Shown here: positions 13,272-25,561 of the stretch, piece by piece
Position numbering within the stretch: position 1 is the first letter of the stretch
Layout of the letters: the number at the start of each line of letters is the position of its first letter
Origin: Lama glama
Lineage: Eukaryota
Reading direction: 5' to 3'
DNA: 64,000 bases
NCBI GenBank assembly: GCA_028534125.1
Contig: CM052816.1
Coordinates: 85,066,001 to 85,130,000 of the forward strand
Position numbers and translations under genes: made by a program
The notes under the pieces: generated by a model
The model's database searches: none
The model's input: only the letters and a program-made list of their open reading frames with translations
Told to the model about the DNA's origin: nothing

Positions 13272-13789
13272 GAGAGGAAAATGTATTATTAAAATGTAAT
13301 AAGAAAATAAAGATAAAAGTATATAACTTGCCAAAATTGCCCCTATTTTGTGTATAATGAAGAGTAAATCAAAATCTTTTAGCTCTATCTTGCCCTCTAA
13401 ATGGAATACTTACATTACACATAAGCTATAAAGATTCAGATTCTATTTATCATGACAATCTTTTGCAAATTTCAGTGAATGTTAACATTTCTTTACATAG
13501 TACAGTGATTGGATTACAGTTTTTGCTAACTTCTGTTGCTCTGTGTTATCAACAATAATTAGCTAATGCTATGTGTACACCCTAAATGTCATTTAACTAT
13601 ATTAGTAAACATGTATTGCTGTTTGAATAAAACCAAGAGCGTAACTAAACATATGCATTTATTTGCTGTTAAAACTGGAGAAAATGTAGGTATTTAAAAC
13701 TGGATACAAAGCAACATAAGACACTGGAAATTTAGTTGCACAAATTTTAGTGGGTTGTAGTATATTCAAAGGAGTGTGTGGAATATTAC

Positions 13790-14240
13790 AAAAAAATAAC
13801 ATAGCAAACACGTTAACCTCAAATAATTCAGTGTGTTCAAAGAGAAATCTTATTGGAGTATTATGTATCCATCAGATATTGCTGGATCACAAAGCAAACT
13901 TATCTGGGCATTGGCTGGAGGTCAGCTGACCTTCTTTGCCTCTGCTGATTCTGGCGAGCCTTTCTGACGGGTCTGTGGGATGCTGGGCTCCCATGTGTTT
14001 GCTCATTGACTGAAGCTGTACCCTAGGTTGGGCTTATCTGTTGAAGCTTCCTTAGACCAAGGCTACTGTCTGTGCTCCTCATTACTCTGCTGAAAACAAT
14101 GAGCTAACCCAGGCACCTGCTTTGATTGGTGATGACAGAAGAATAAGAAACAAGGAGGAATATGTAAGTACTTGTCAAACATCTTCTTGTGATATGTCTG
14201 CACATTGATCAAACAAACCAAATGGAATCAAACTGAGATA
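13790..14240 (-). mobile_element. MaLR LTR (MLT1G/H-like), first part; resumes at 14839-14865 and 15411-15452
   Basis: ggctggaggtcagctga, gagctaacccaggcacctgc, gatgacagaagaataaga; the rejoined remainder reads aagttatatggtaaagatcatggata|tagggagggataaaaactagg. Confidence 0.65.
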
Positions 14241-14242
14241 GT

Positions 14243-14838
14243 GTTGTGTTCCAGTTACCACGACCGTATAAAAAACCAACTCCAATCATCACAGTTAACA
14301 CAAAAAACATTGTATTATATGCCATGGATTCTGAATGTCTAAACTATAGGTTAGATTGTCTGGGTGATTCTCTTACTTGACATAGCATTGAATGTGGTCA
14401 CTGACTAGTTTTTACTTATTGGATAGGCTGCTCCACAGGGTCCAAGTTGGCTGCATTAATGTACCTGGCATTTGGACAGAAAGGGTTGCAGTTTTGTGCT
14501 CAGCCAGCACTACAAGCAGAATGCCTAGATACGACCACTCATGACTGATGGTCCCAGAACAGTTAGATTTCTATGTGGTGATTTCTTCCTCCAGAGAAAG
14601 CATCCAAAGAGATCCAAGCAGAATCTGCATGCATTTTTCTAATTGAGCCCTGAAAGTCATGCAGTGTCTATTGTACCAAACTCTACTGATTCAAGGAAGT
14701 CATAATGCCAAATCCAATCACTGGGAGCAGAACTCACTTCTTCTTTTGATGGGGAGTGGCAAAATCATATTTGTCCTAGAGCATGGAAGATGACAGATAC
14801 TGTAGATGGACAACTTTGGAAAATAAAATTTGCTGTAT
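14243..14838 (-). mobile_element. MaLR LTR (MLT1F-like) nested in the older MLT1
   Basis: cagggtccaagttggctgcatt, gcatccaaagagatccaagcagaatctgc, cttttgatggggagtggcaaaatcata; ends ctttggaaaataaaatttgctgta. Confidence 0.75.
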
Positions 14839-14865
14839 AAAGTTATATGGTAAAGATCATGGATA

Positions 14866-15406
14866 TGTTACCCGCCAAAAAGGAAAAGACCCCAGTACTT
14901 GCCTTACCCGAAAGATAAGATTTTAGATGAGAGACAGAGTGCATTGTGTCACAAAAGATTTTAGAGGATTTATTTAGGAAAATAAAAGTACACCTCCAAG
15001 AACTAGAGGCCAGCTGATGCAAGGGAGGGAAAACGGAGGTCTTTGTCTTCCCTTTCTCTTACACCGTGGCTTAGAGATGGTCTTTTAATCGATTGATGGC
15101 TCTAGGCTCTGGAGTGCTCAGTCATGTTTCGCCCCTTTGCACATGTCCTTACCCATGGTGTACACAGAAAAATCCATGGGGGGCCTAAACTACAATGTTA
15201 ATTATATTACAATGAGCATTGGGTCATGCCCGGTTAGGTTTTTTTGCTATTCGTGCAGTTGTGACTGTCGGGTTCTAACCAGTTTCTTGCTGGCGCTCTT
15301 TTAGAAGTAAAATACCTTGATGCTGGAGGCGGGCCTATCACCACCTTCAGGACATCCTCCCTCTCCTCCATCTGCCTGGTGCCCCCACTTATCTAACTAC
15401 TTAACA
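14866..15406 (-). mobile_element. ERV1-type solo LTR, same family as 7872-8423
   Basis: TG...CA termini; perfect 4-bp TSD gata (14862-14865 and 15407-15410); its terminal 30 nt match 7872-7901 at 29/30 in reverse complement. Confidence 0.93.
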
Positions 15407-15739
15407 GATATAGGGAGGGATAAAAACTAGGACCCATTAAAGTAATTCACCAGATAAATTTACACTGGTAATTATCAAAATAATTTTAATATTTTGTGAT
15501 TGTTATAATTTATATCAATATAATTTACTCACTCTAATAAATATTCATTGTCTATGTTTTTGTATATGCTTTTTTATATTTCATTCCACTTAGCCTGATT
15601 CAATATTAAATCACCTCTAAAATCATAAAGAAATAAAAATGAGAATATAAACAACTGCAGCTTTTAAGATCAATGTTAATATCATTGTTATACAAAGAAC
15701 ATATACAAATTATTTTATGTAGTTTCACTGAGGACATAA

Positions 15740-16085
15740 TAAAGGAGGAACACTTGCTTTACAGTGAGAATATAACTTGACAAAATGTAAAATATAAATA
15801 TGTACACTAATTGCTCAACAATATCAAATTAAAAAAAATACTAAAACATTTTTAAGAATGTGTCCCAAACTTTAACTATAGGAAGAATATTCTTTGCAAC
15901 ATTTTCAGAATAATGAAATCCAGAAGGAATGTAAATGTTCAAAAGTAGAAATATAATAAGAAAGTTTAGAACTTTTTGAAATAAAATGCTATAAAAACAT
16001 TAAAAGTAATATAAGCATGTTTACTTATGAACATGGAAAAATGTTCATAATATATTAAGTTAAAGAGTAAGTTTTAAGTTAATAC
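15740..16085 (+). mobile_element. old L1 (L1ME-like) 3' region
   Basis: tgcaacattttcagaataatgaaa...taaatgttcaaaagtagaaa...acatggaaaaatgttcataatatattaagt. Confidence 0.55.
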
Positions 16086-16091
16086 ATTCAA

Positions 16092-16512
16092 ATGTTACTG
16101 AGACTGTGAGCTGTTAAACAATATCCACCACTTCCCAATTTGTGCACACAACTAAACTATACATCTCTGGTATCTCAGTTGATAAGACCATATCAGTACT
16201 TTTTAATCTCGTGAAATTGTTGCAGTGTCATGTGCTTTGACTGGTGCATAAAAATCTCACATATGCTCAGACATGCTCCCCCAAGATCTTCTTCCCTTTT
16301 AGGTAACTGCAGGAATAACAACTTCAGTGACTTTAAAATTAACATCATCTAAAATGGACTATAACTCAATAAAAAATAAAATAAAATAAAATATTAAAAA
16401 AAATCATCTGCCCTAAACAGTTACATGGGAAAGAAAGAAACTTCTTGTTTTTTTTTTAAACCACTACGTTTTGTAGGTTCCTTTGCTCCCTCAGCTTATC
16501 CTGAGTTCACTT
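16092..16512 (+). mobile_element. ERV-L LTR (LTR16-like), interrupted by a tiny L1 tail
   Basis: gcacacaactaaactatacatctct...cagttgataagaccatat...cataaaaatctcaca...aaaccactacgttttgtaggtt. Confidence 0.65.
16351..16402 (+). mobile_element. ultra-short L1 3' tail insertion
   Basis: aaaatggactataactcaataaaaa plus A-rich tail, flanked by the direct repeat atcatct (16344-16350 and 16403-16409). Confidence 0.65.
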
Positions 16513-16551
16513 ATTCAGTAATGCTGTCTTGTTATTGTAAAGTTATATTAG

Positions 16552-16712
16552 TATAGTGTAGTTTTTAAAAGAAATGTCTCTGGAGCTACACTGTGTGAGT
16601 TTAAACTTTGGCTCTGACCCTTTGTAGATATGTAATCTTAGGTAAGTTTTACAGTCTCTCTATACTCAGTTTCTTAATATTAAAATGTGCATAAAAGAGT
16701 ACTTATTATTAA
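16552..16712 (+). mobile_element. MIR SINE
   Basis: tctctggagctacactgtgtgagtttaaactttggctctgaccctttgtag...cttaggtaagtttt...ctcagtttcttaatattaaaatg. Confidence 0.8.
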
Positions 16713-16875
16713 GAAATATTTCAGTATTTTGAAAATAAGGCGAAAAAGATGGTTGAATGACCTTTCAATGTCATGCTAGAGCCTTGTCTATCAGGTGAAT
16801 CCAAGGATTATTTAATTCTGTAGGGAAATGCTTTTGTGTGCTATTTACTTTTTAAAGGTACATGTTAAAATGGAG

Positions 16876-16954
16876 CTGTACACTAGAAACTGACACATTG
16901 TAACTTACTATATTTCAATTAAAAAATACAATTTAATGAAGAAAATTTTTTTAA
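16876..16954 (+). mobile_element. ultra-short L1 3' tail insertion
   Basis: ctgtacactagaaactgacacattgtaacttactatatttcaatt plus A-tail; TSD aaaatggag (16867-16875 and 16955-16963). Confidence 0.85.
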
Positions 16955-17389
16955 AAAATGGAGGTTTCTATTCATCAGAGATTCAAGCTCTCTAGTTAAA
17001 AAAAAAAAACCCTGCAAACTTAGTTACTGTTGGAAGGATATTAAAGATATGTATCTAACTTTGTGATTTTATGCCAACATTCTTTTTTTGATATCTACAA
17101 ATACTCAATTTTTCAAATATTCTTTCAACAATTTTTTACTATCTAGCTCATTCATTAGTAAGTTAAATGTTTTAAGTATGTTATTCCTTGAAAAATATAC
17201 AATATATACATAGTAGACATAATAAGAATGTTTAAAGAATCTATTATATAAATTTTAACCATAGTAAATGGTACACTGATGTCATTGTACAATCTGACAA
17301 AATCATATCTAGTAATTTTGAGGAGTGAAACTAGTTAGGAGTTGGTTTAAAATAGAATAGGAGATTTAGACAAGAAGGTAATGGGAACA

Positions 17390-18810
17390 ATAGAGTTTTT
17401 CTTTCTCTGTTCTCCCCAAATTCTTATATAAAATGAGATTAGACAACCAGGATAGCAAAACCAAAAACCCATGCACAACATCTAGGAGAAAAAGTATCCT
17501 CACCAACTTCCCAAACATGAGTAGTAGTAAACCATTGATAGCTACAAGACCAATATAATGTAAGTAACTGTGTGTAAGACATGAAAATCAAAGAACTACA
17601 GAGTCGTCAAAAGCTACTGAGAGGAAAAGAGGTAGGTCCATTGGAGGTGAGGAGATGAAATCACGATGGATTTTATAAGCCCTAAGATAAGTATAAGGGT
17701 AGTGTTGGAAGGTTGCAGAGGAATGAAGTAGTCTGGGGCCTGTGAGCCTGTAAAATTAGCAAAATCTATTTAACCTGGACAAAGACCTCTCTACTGAGTA
17801 GAAGCTGCTGTAAATAGAATCTAAATTAAGCAATAATGGAAAAATTGGATAGACAGAGAAGATGTACAGCTAAAGCTGTGAGAGGAAGCAGAAGTGGGTG
17901 ACCTAAGAGGATACAATGCTACATATTTTTTAAAACTTCACACAAATAACAGAAGAGGGAACTCCAGGATTAAGAAATGAGAAAATTTATTCTAATCTGC
18001 TTCTCCTACATAAAAATCATGTGATATAAACTTGAGCAACAGAAAACTATTGTTAAATCAATGAACAAATAGTACTGGAAAAATTAAACTATGAAGCTGA
18101 AGAAATACCTAACAATAACGAAGAATGAATAGAAAGAAAATCTCTTAAAACTCTAACCAGTATTTTACAGCTAAAAAGCAATTTAAAAAAGAAGGAATCT
18201 GAAAAACACAGCAGTAATTAGTATGAGATAATTGAAGAACATGAAGATTTGTAAAAAGAGGGGACGAGAACTCTACAAACAATTAAAATGCATTAAAAAA
18301 TCCTTGACAAAAGTAAAAGAGACAAAAATTAAATAAATACAAATAATTAGAAGAAAAATAGAAGTAAAAAGAAAAATGTAAAAATAAAAATAAAAAGATA
18401 CTATAAACAGCTGATAGAACAAAACAAATATTAAAAGTTATAATTTAATAAAACATTTCTGAAATAAAAAAAATTATCAATCTTATGAAATAGAAAGAGA
18501 GGTGCAGAACTCTTTCAGAATGAAGAAGACCAGAGACATGGCAACTAAATGTAATATACAATCCTGGATTGAATCCTGGAGCAAACAACCAACATATCCC
18601 AACAAAAACAAAATAAAAAACAGAAAACAACAACAAAAACAAAAAAAAAAGGGGGGGTAGAAAGAGAAAAAAGACAGAGAGAGACAGAAACAGACACAGA
18701 GAGAGTCTTGAATCTACAAATTAAAAGAACACATAATTATTCATTGGGCAAATCAACCAACCAAGAATAGCCAATAAATAATACATATTCCAGACAAACT
18801 ATTCAGCAAA
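17390..18810 (+). mobile_element. old L1/HAL1-like 5' region and ORF1 remnant; L1MC-type 3' UTR piece at about 18500-18590
   Basis: A-rich decayed ORF1-like text (ttgaatctacaaattaaaagaacacat); agagacatggcaactaaatgtaatatacaatcctggattgaatcctgga. Confidence 0.5.
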
Positions 18811-20924
18811 AACAATGGCATACTGGTGACTACTTCTCAAAATTTGGGAAGATTCTCTACTAACTACAGAGTTGAAGGAACTTAAAGTTAAAAACAATGG
18901 TAGCTATTATTCCATAGATACTTGACAAAGAGCAAAACCACTTCTTTGAAAGATTAAGAACGTGATTATCTCTGTTCCACTGCTTCAACACAAGCTTCAA
19001 GATCTAAGATTTGTGGCCACAACTACTTTCTCATACCAAAAACAAACACCCAAAACAAAAGCTGTGGTCATTGTCCTTCATGTGGTGTCTTTGCTTTTTT
19101 CCACAATTATGTATCTTTCAAAAACACACTAAGAATAAGTTGGCCTTGAAGGCCCAACATTTTATGGCATTGGAGTTGAGGGCATCTAGAATACAGCCTT
19201 GGTAATAAGGCATAATAAGGATTTTACAGTTTTGTGTAGTGCTCCGGTTTGTTGTCTGGGAAGGATATAGAAATTTAATCTAAAATGAAATTACAAAATT
19301 GAAAGCTGAGTAGATACTGATATTAGGATTTTGACTCATCAACTCATCTTTCCAGTAAAAAATTAAGAAACACTAACAACCTAAGAAAGGAAAACAAAAT
19401 TTCTGTTTTCTTGTTTATTTGCTTCATTTTGAGTTGTCATTCTTTTGACAGGTAACTTTTTTTTTCTTACCAATAGAGATATACTAATATATATATTACA
19501 TATATATGTAAGCTCAATAATTTCCTTTAGCACTAACATCTTTTACATTGACATTTAGGGAATATTACCCACTTCATATTTGGTTTTATCTAAAAAAAAT
19601 CATTGCAAGTACAGTATAAAATAAACATTGGTTCTATAATTATCTATGTCAATAATTAATATTTTTGTAAATAATATGTTTTATATGTGCTACTATATAG
19701 CCTCTGGCACCTGTCAATTCTGCACAAGTTACTAAAAAAAAAAACCTGATACTTGACAGTTTCATTAAGCATGTTAGAGGCATGTGAGGACAGACTTTTC
19801 ACAATATTGAAAAATATTAAATGAATGCCAGATTTTCAAACATCTTACACGTATCTATGGAGTTTGATCGCACATGAGCCATCTTTGGCTGACAGCCTGC
19901 TCTTAAAAGAGCTGGTAAAGAAGCAGCGGTAGTGGGAATACTAGACAACTGCTGCCTGAGAACTGTATTTAGAATGTGACCTTTCAGTTGTTAAGATGAT
20001 TACCCTAGTTCTATACTAGAACAAGTCTGAGAGGCCAACATATTGTGAAATAGATATCAAAAAGGGGCTCAGAATATAGATTTAGATACCATATGATTCA
20101 AGACAGAAGCTCAGAAAGGAAATCAGTCAAGAAATAGAGTAATGGTGACAAGAAATCTAAGACACAAGGAAATAGTAAACCACTTATGTTAGCCCTGCTG
20201 AGAGGCATTCAACACACACAAACACACAACTAAATATCTAGATTACGTGCTAAAATTTAAAAATAAAATTGGAATCTTCAGTATTATTTGGTTGTACAAA
20301 TTTAATTGGAACAAAATATAAGTTACATGATGACACATGTAAGTTATAAATCATAACATTTATACAGGTAGCAACACAGCGTGAGATTACTGAATTTCCA
20401 TATATATTCAGAAATTACTAATAGGCATATACAATTCTCATATAGTGTAAGCAAAGCACATTTCCATAGAACAAGATCAACATTAACTAGAATACAAGAA
20501 GAGAATTAACACTTGACAATTTGGAAAATTTATTTCCCAATAGTTGAAAGAAACTTTGTTGGTAAATGCTTTTCTCCTCAAGTCAAAGTGTAGGTAAAAC
20601 AAATGTTTGAGGTCATTGATACCTCAAACTGTAATTAAAATCTGAGCATTTCTATCAGAACATTTTAGAACTATGGCTATCACATGCTTACTGGAGCTAT
20701 CCTGCATGTTCATTTCTTATACACTGTATAACCTGATGAAAAATATGGTTAAGAAAATATTAATATATTTTAAATTTTCTTATGTGAATGTCTAAAATTT
20801 ATATAAATATGTAAATTTACACCTGTGATTATGAAATTTCAGTGTGCATCATGAACATCTGTATTTCTTATTCAAAAGCAAGTAATTGGACCTCATCTCC
20901 AACATTTTGTAGATGTTTCCCTTT

Positions 20925-21012
20925 GTTACTGAAGAAATTTGCATTTTAAACCAGCATCCCAAAGAATCCATGCTAGTCATTGACCAGCCACAATTTTAAA
21001 AATATTGGTGTA
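20925..21012. mobile_element. MER5-type hAT MITE fragment
   Basis: gaaatttgcattttaaaccagcatccc...ccacaattttaaaaatattgg. Confidence 0.5.
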
Positions 21013-21039
21013 CAGAATTGATACAAAGAACCAATTGAG

Positions 21040-22515
21040 AACTGCACTTTACATATAAAGAATCACATAGATTCAAAGCAAATGGATGATGAAAAACATA
21101 CCACGCTAACAATAATAAAAAGAAAGCAGAAGTAGCTGTATTAATTTCAGACAGAGTTGACTTCCAAGTATAGAGAGTAATCAGGAATAAAGAAGAGTAT
21201 TATGTAATGATAAAGAGCCAATTCTCCAATAAGACATATTAGTCCTTAACATGTAACCACCTAACAACAGAGCATCAACCTACGTGAGACAAAAAGTAAC
21301 AGATTCACAAAGATAAATAGTTGAAATCACTATCACAGTTAGAGATTTCAATACTCAGATATGGACAAATCTAGCAGACAGAAAAATAAGTAAGGGCATA
21401 ATTGAACTCAACAACACCATCAATCAACTGAATTTAATTGACATCTATGATAACTTTATCAACAGTAAAACACATATTCTTCTAGTTATCACATGGAACA
21501 GTTACCAAGATAGACCACTTTCTGGGCCATAAAACACATATCAATAAATTTAAAAGGATGAAAATCATACAGTGTCGGCTCTGATAACAATGGAATTAAA
21601 CAGGAAATCAAGAACAGAAAGATAACTGAATAATCCAAAAATACATAACAATTAAGCAATACACTACTAAGTAACACATAGGTCAAAGAAGAAATCTCAA
21701 GAGAAATTTAAAAATATTTTGAATGCAAATAAAAGCAGAACTTACCAATTTTTGATTCAGGGAAAGTGGTGCTTAGAGGGAAGTTAATACCATCGAGTGC
21801 ATATGTTAGAAAAGAAAAAAAGATCTAAAATCAATCAACTAAAATTTCACCTTGGAAATCTTGAAAAAGAAGATCAAATTAAACTCAAAGTAAGCACAAA
21901 AGAGAATCAATAAGAATGAAAACAGAAACCAATAAAACTAAAACAGGAAAATAATAGAGAAAAATCAATGACACTAAAAGATGGTTCTTTGAAAAAGTAA
22001 TTAAAATTGATAAGCCTCTAACTAGGCTAACTAAGAAAAAACAGTGAGGCCAAAATTACTAATATCAGAAGTAAATGAGGGAGCATAACTATAGATCCTA
22101 TGGAAATTTAAGAGATAATAAACCCTATGCCTATAAATTTGCCAATGTATATGAAATGACCAATTCCTCAAAAGAGCCCATCAATAAAAACTCACACAAG
22201 AACAAACAGACACTCTCTAGGCCTATACCTATTAAAGACATTGAATCAATAATTTATAACATTTCAAAACAGAAAGCATCAGGCTCCAGTGGGTTCACTG
22301 GTGAATTTTACCAAACATTAAAGGAAAAAATTATATCAACTCTCTATAATTTATTTCAGAGGATAGAAGCAGACAGAATACTTTCTGACTAATTTTATGA
22401 GTCCTGCATTACTTGAATACCCAAAACAGACAAAGATATTACAGGAAGAGAAAATTATAGATCAGTATCTCCAATGAACATAGACATAAAATCCTCAACA
22501 AAATATTAGCAAATC
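21040..22515 (+). mobile_element. L1 ORF2 5' half (endonuclease to start of RT), decayed
   Basis: aaagcagaagtagctgtattaatttcagac; ORF 22075..22392 includes SGSSGFTGEFYQTLKEKIISTLYNLFQRIE; ends aaaatcctcaacaaaatattagcaaatc. Confidence 0.93.
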
Positions 22516-22886
22516 TTCTCTCATACTAAGTGAAGTCAGAAAGAAAAAGACAAATACAATATGGTATCATTTATATGTGGAATCTAAAAAAAAAAGCACA
22601 AAAGAATTTATTTTAAAAACAAAAAACAAACTCACATAGAAAACATTTTGTGGTTGCCAGAGGGGAAAGAGGGAAGGGATAAATGAACAGTTTTGGATTA
22701 GCAGATACAAACTACTGTGTATAAAATAAATGAACAATAAGGACCTCCTATATAGCACAGGGAATTAAATTCAATATCTTGTAATAACCTATAATGAAAA
22801 AGAATATGTATATGTTTAACTGAATCATGCTGTACACCAGAACCTAACAACATTTTAAATCAAATATACTTCAGTACAAAGAAAAG
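22516..22886 (+). mobile_element. artiodactyl-type L1 3' UTR
   Basis: tatatgtggaatctaaaaaa...gcagatacaaactact...ctatatagcacaggga...tgctgtacaccagaacctaacaacatt. Confidence 0.9.
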
Positions 22887-25537
22887 AGTGCTTTAACTGA
22901 TACTATAGCTGAGACTTGATGTAAAAGAAATGTATCTCAATGTAGTAGAGGATAAATCTGATTTGAGCAGCAGTTCTCAACTCACTTTTCACTTTCCTCC
23001 TCGAAATTTTTTTAATGTTTTTCACAGGTGTTTTATATACTGTGTTTAGTTGATAGAGCTATAAATGTTTTCTTGTTATCAATATATTTATCAACATAAC
23101 CAAAAGCATTAGACATTTTAAGCATGATGGCTAAATCTTACAGAAACCTTACTAGATTTGAAGGTGTGTACCCAAGTGTTAAATGTTCTTTAGTTTCCTC
23201 AATTGCAAATAATAGTCCTCTCACTCCCACTGCATTCCATATGTTGTAGACAGTTTAGGTAGGTTTTTTTTTTTAAGGTATAAGGATTATTTAAATTATT
23301 CTTATGTCTTAGAAATGAATATTTTGTTAAGGCAATAAAAATTAAGCGAAGTATTGTAAAATGACTATTACTCAATAAAAAATGCAAAATGAAAAAAAGA
23401 AAAGAAAAGAAAAGAAAAAGGATGCCAAAAAAAAAAATTAAGCAAGGTACATTTTGGCATCTATTTTTCATGTGAGATCCTAAGTTCAGATATTAAGTTG
23501 TTCAATATTATTCAAACACATTTTGAAAATATAGTTTAGAGCATTTCCTAACTTTTTCAAAATCTCACTGTAATGTACCAATTGTTTTTTGTTTGCATAT
23601 ATTTCAAAAATCAGATGATTATGCAAGACGAGCAGTTTTACACTAATAAATTGTGTGCAGGTGTAGTTTGAGATGCTTTGACAAGTTTCCCTATCTAAAT
23701 ATTTATTTTGTAAAGTATATAGCATAATATTCATTTGTAAAGGAAAGCAAATTTAGTAACTTACAGCAAACAAAAAGCATAATAATTATTAATCAAAAAG
23801 TTCACATATTGTGAAGCAGTAAAAAGTAGAAAATGTTTCTTGGTAGAGAAAAATCATTTAATAATACTTAACCATGTCTCATAGGTATTGACCTACAAAA
23901 CCCTATGACAGGCATTGTATTTTCTGAATGTTCAATTTTTCCTTACGTACTCTGTAGTCAAGAAGAAAGTGAGATTAGAGAGATCTTTCAGTTAAGGGGG
24001 ATAGTGAAATTATCGTCAGGCAGGATTATCAAAGAAAAAAATTATTTTCAAAAAAATCAAATGGAAGAATAATAATAGACAAAGTAGTGAGCTAGGGTTT
24101 TTACAGCTACTGATTGCCTTCTATCACAGTATTTTTGAAAAGAATATTTCTCATTAAAAATATTTTTTAAAAAGGAAATTGTGTAAGAAATTTTTTCCGT
24201 AGAAAAATGCCATCCCAAACAAATAACTCTTTCTATTTTTGCATAAAGTTACCTATATGTAATTTTAGGAAAATTTTAGGAAAATTTTGAAATTGTATTT
24301 TATGTCCCTAAGTAACTAGGAATAAAAATACTACAAAATTTGACAGGTATATCTAAGTAACTATCCTCAATTTATTTAAATTGTACAAATACAAATAATA
24401 AAGTTAAATTTTTGTAATGAAATTGAAAATCTCTCAACTCTTCCCTAATCTACTTTTTCCACTCAAGAAAACCATTGTTATCAATTAGGTGGGTAACTTT
24501 TAATTCCTATGTCTAGAAACTTTTAAAACCATAAATTTACAGACAGATATAGAGTTTGCTTGTGTTCCTCCTCTCAGTAAATATCATCATTTTCTGAATG
24601 AAATGCATCAGTATCTTGATATTTTTCAGAAGGTAGCCATAGCCCTTGAAGTTATTTTTATTAGTACATATGGATCTGCATTAATTTTTTATCTCCTGAA
24701 AAAACTTAGGTATTTGCATAATAGAATTACGTGGTACATATAAATCCAATTGATAAATAGTTACAAGGTTGTTTTTAAATAACAAGTAGAAAAACATACT
24801 TTGGTTTACCCAGAAATCACATCATTCCATTCAATGTGGAAAAAGGACATTATCTCTAGAAAAATATTTGCTGTGGTTATGATTTGAAATAAATTATTAA
24901 TATCAAGCTTTCCCACACATGACTGCTTTGGTGACACTAAAATATGTAATAAACACTTCATGTCAACAAATTATTCGTGAATCTTTTTTATTACATATAA
25001 TTAGTTTGAAGAACAGTGATGATATAGAATATTGTAACTAAGTTTATGTATTTTAACTGTTTTCCTTTACTTATCTCTAGTTGAGAAATTATCAATGGTT
25101 TTGGTATACCAATTATTTGAAAAATCTCATTAATAGTATTTTTCATTATGCCTGAAACTGCACTTTGTATGAATTATGTGAAAACAGAAATAGAAATCAA
25201 ATGATACAAATGTTACATTTTTGTGTTTATGGCATCTGAAATGCTTTCTCAAAGTTAAAAAATTATCAACAAATACAGTATCAAAAACTAAATGGACAAA
25301 ATAAATTGTATTTGAATTATATAACACGGGAGTGACTAATTCTAAACATGATCATCTTTGACAGTATCACAATATTTTGTGAACTACAGTATTTTTTGAA
25401 ACATCAAATCACATATAAAAAGTGATTTGAGTATGTTTGCTCATTATCTTTCATTATTATAAAAAATAAAATATTTTAATGGTCAATTAGTCCCATGTAA
25501 GCATCTACTTAGAGATGTGTTAGTACTGTTTTTAAAA

Positions 25538-25561
25538 CACACACACATACACACACACACA
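25538..25561. repeat. (CA)n microsatellite
   Basis: Direct reading. Confidence 0.85.

Noticed and set aside
7872..15406. The two homologous LTRs as ends of one provirus, or of an already inverted segment
   Set aside because: They are in opposite orientation, each keeps its own TSD (tata/tatg and gata/gata, not swapped), and the interval contains older unrelated repeats.
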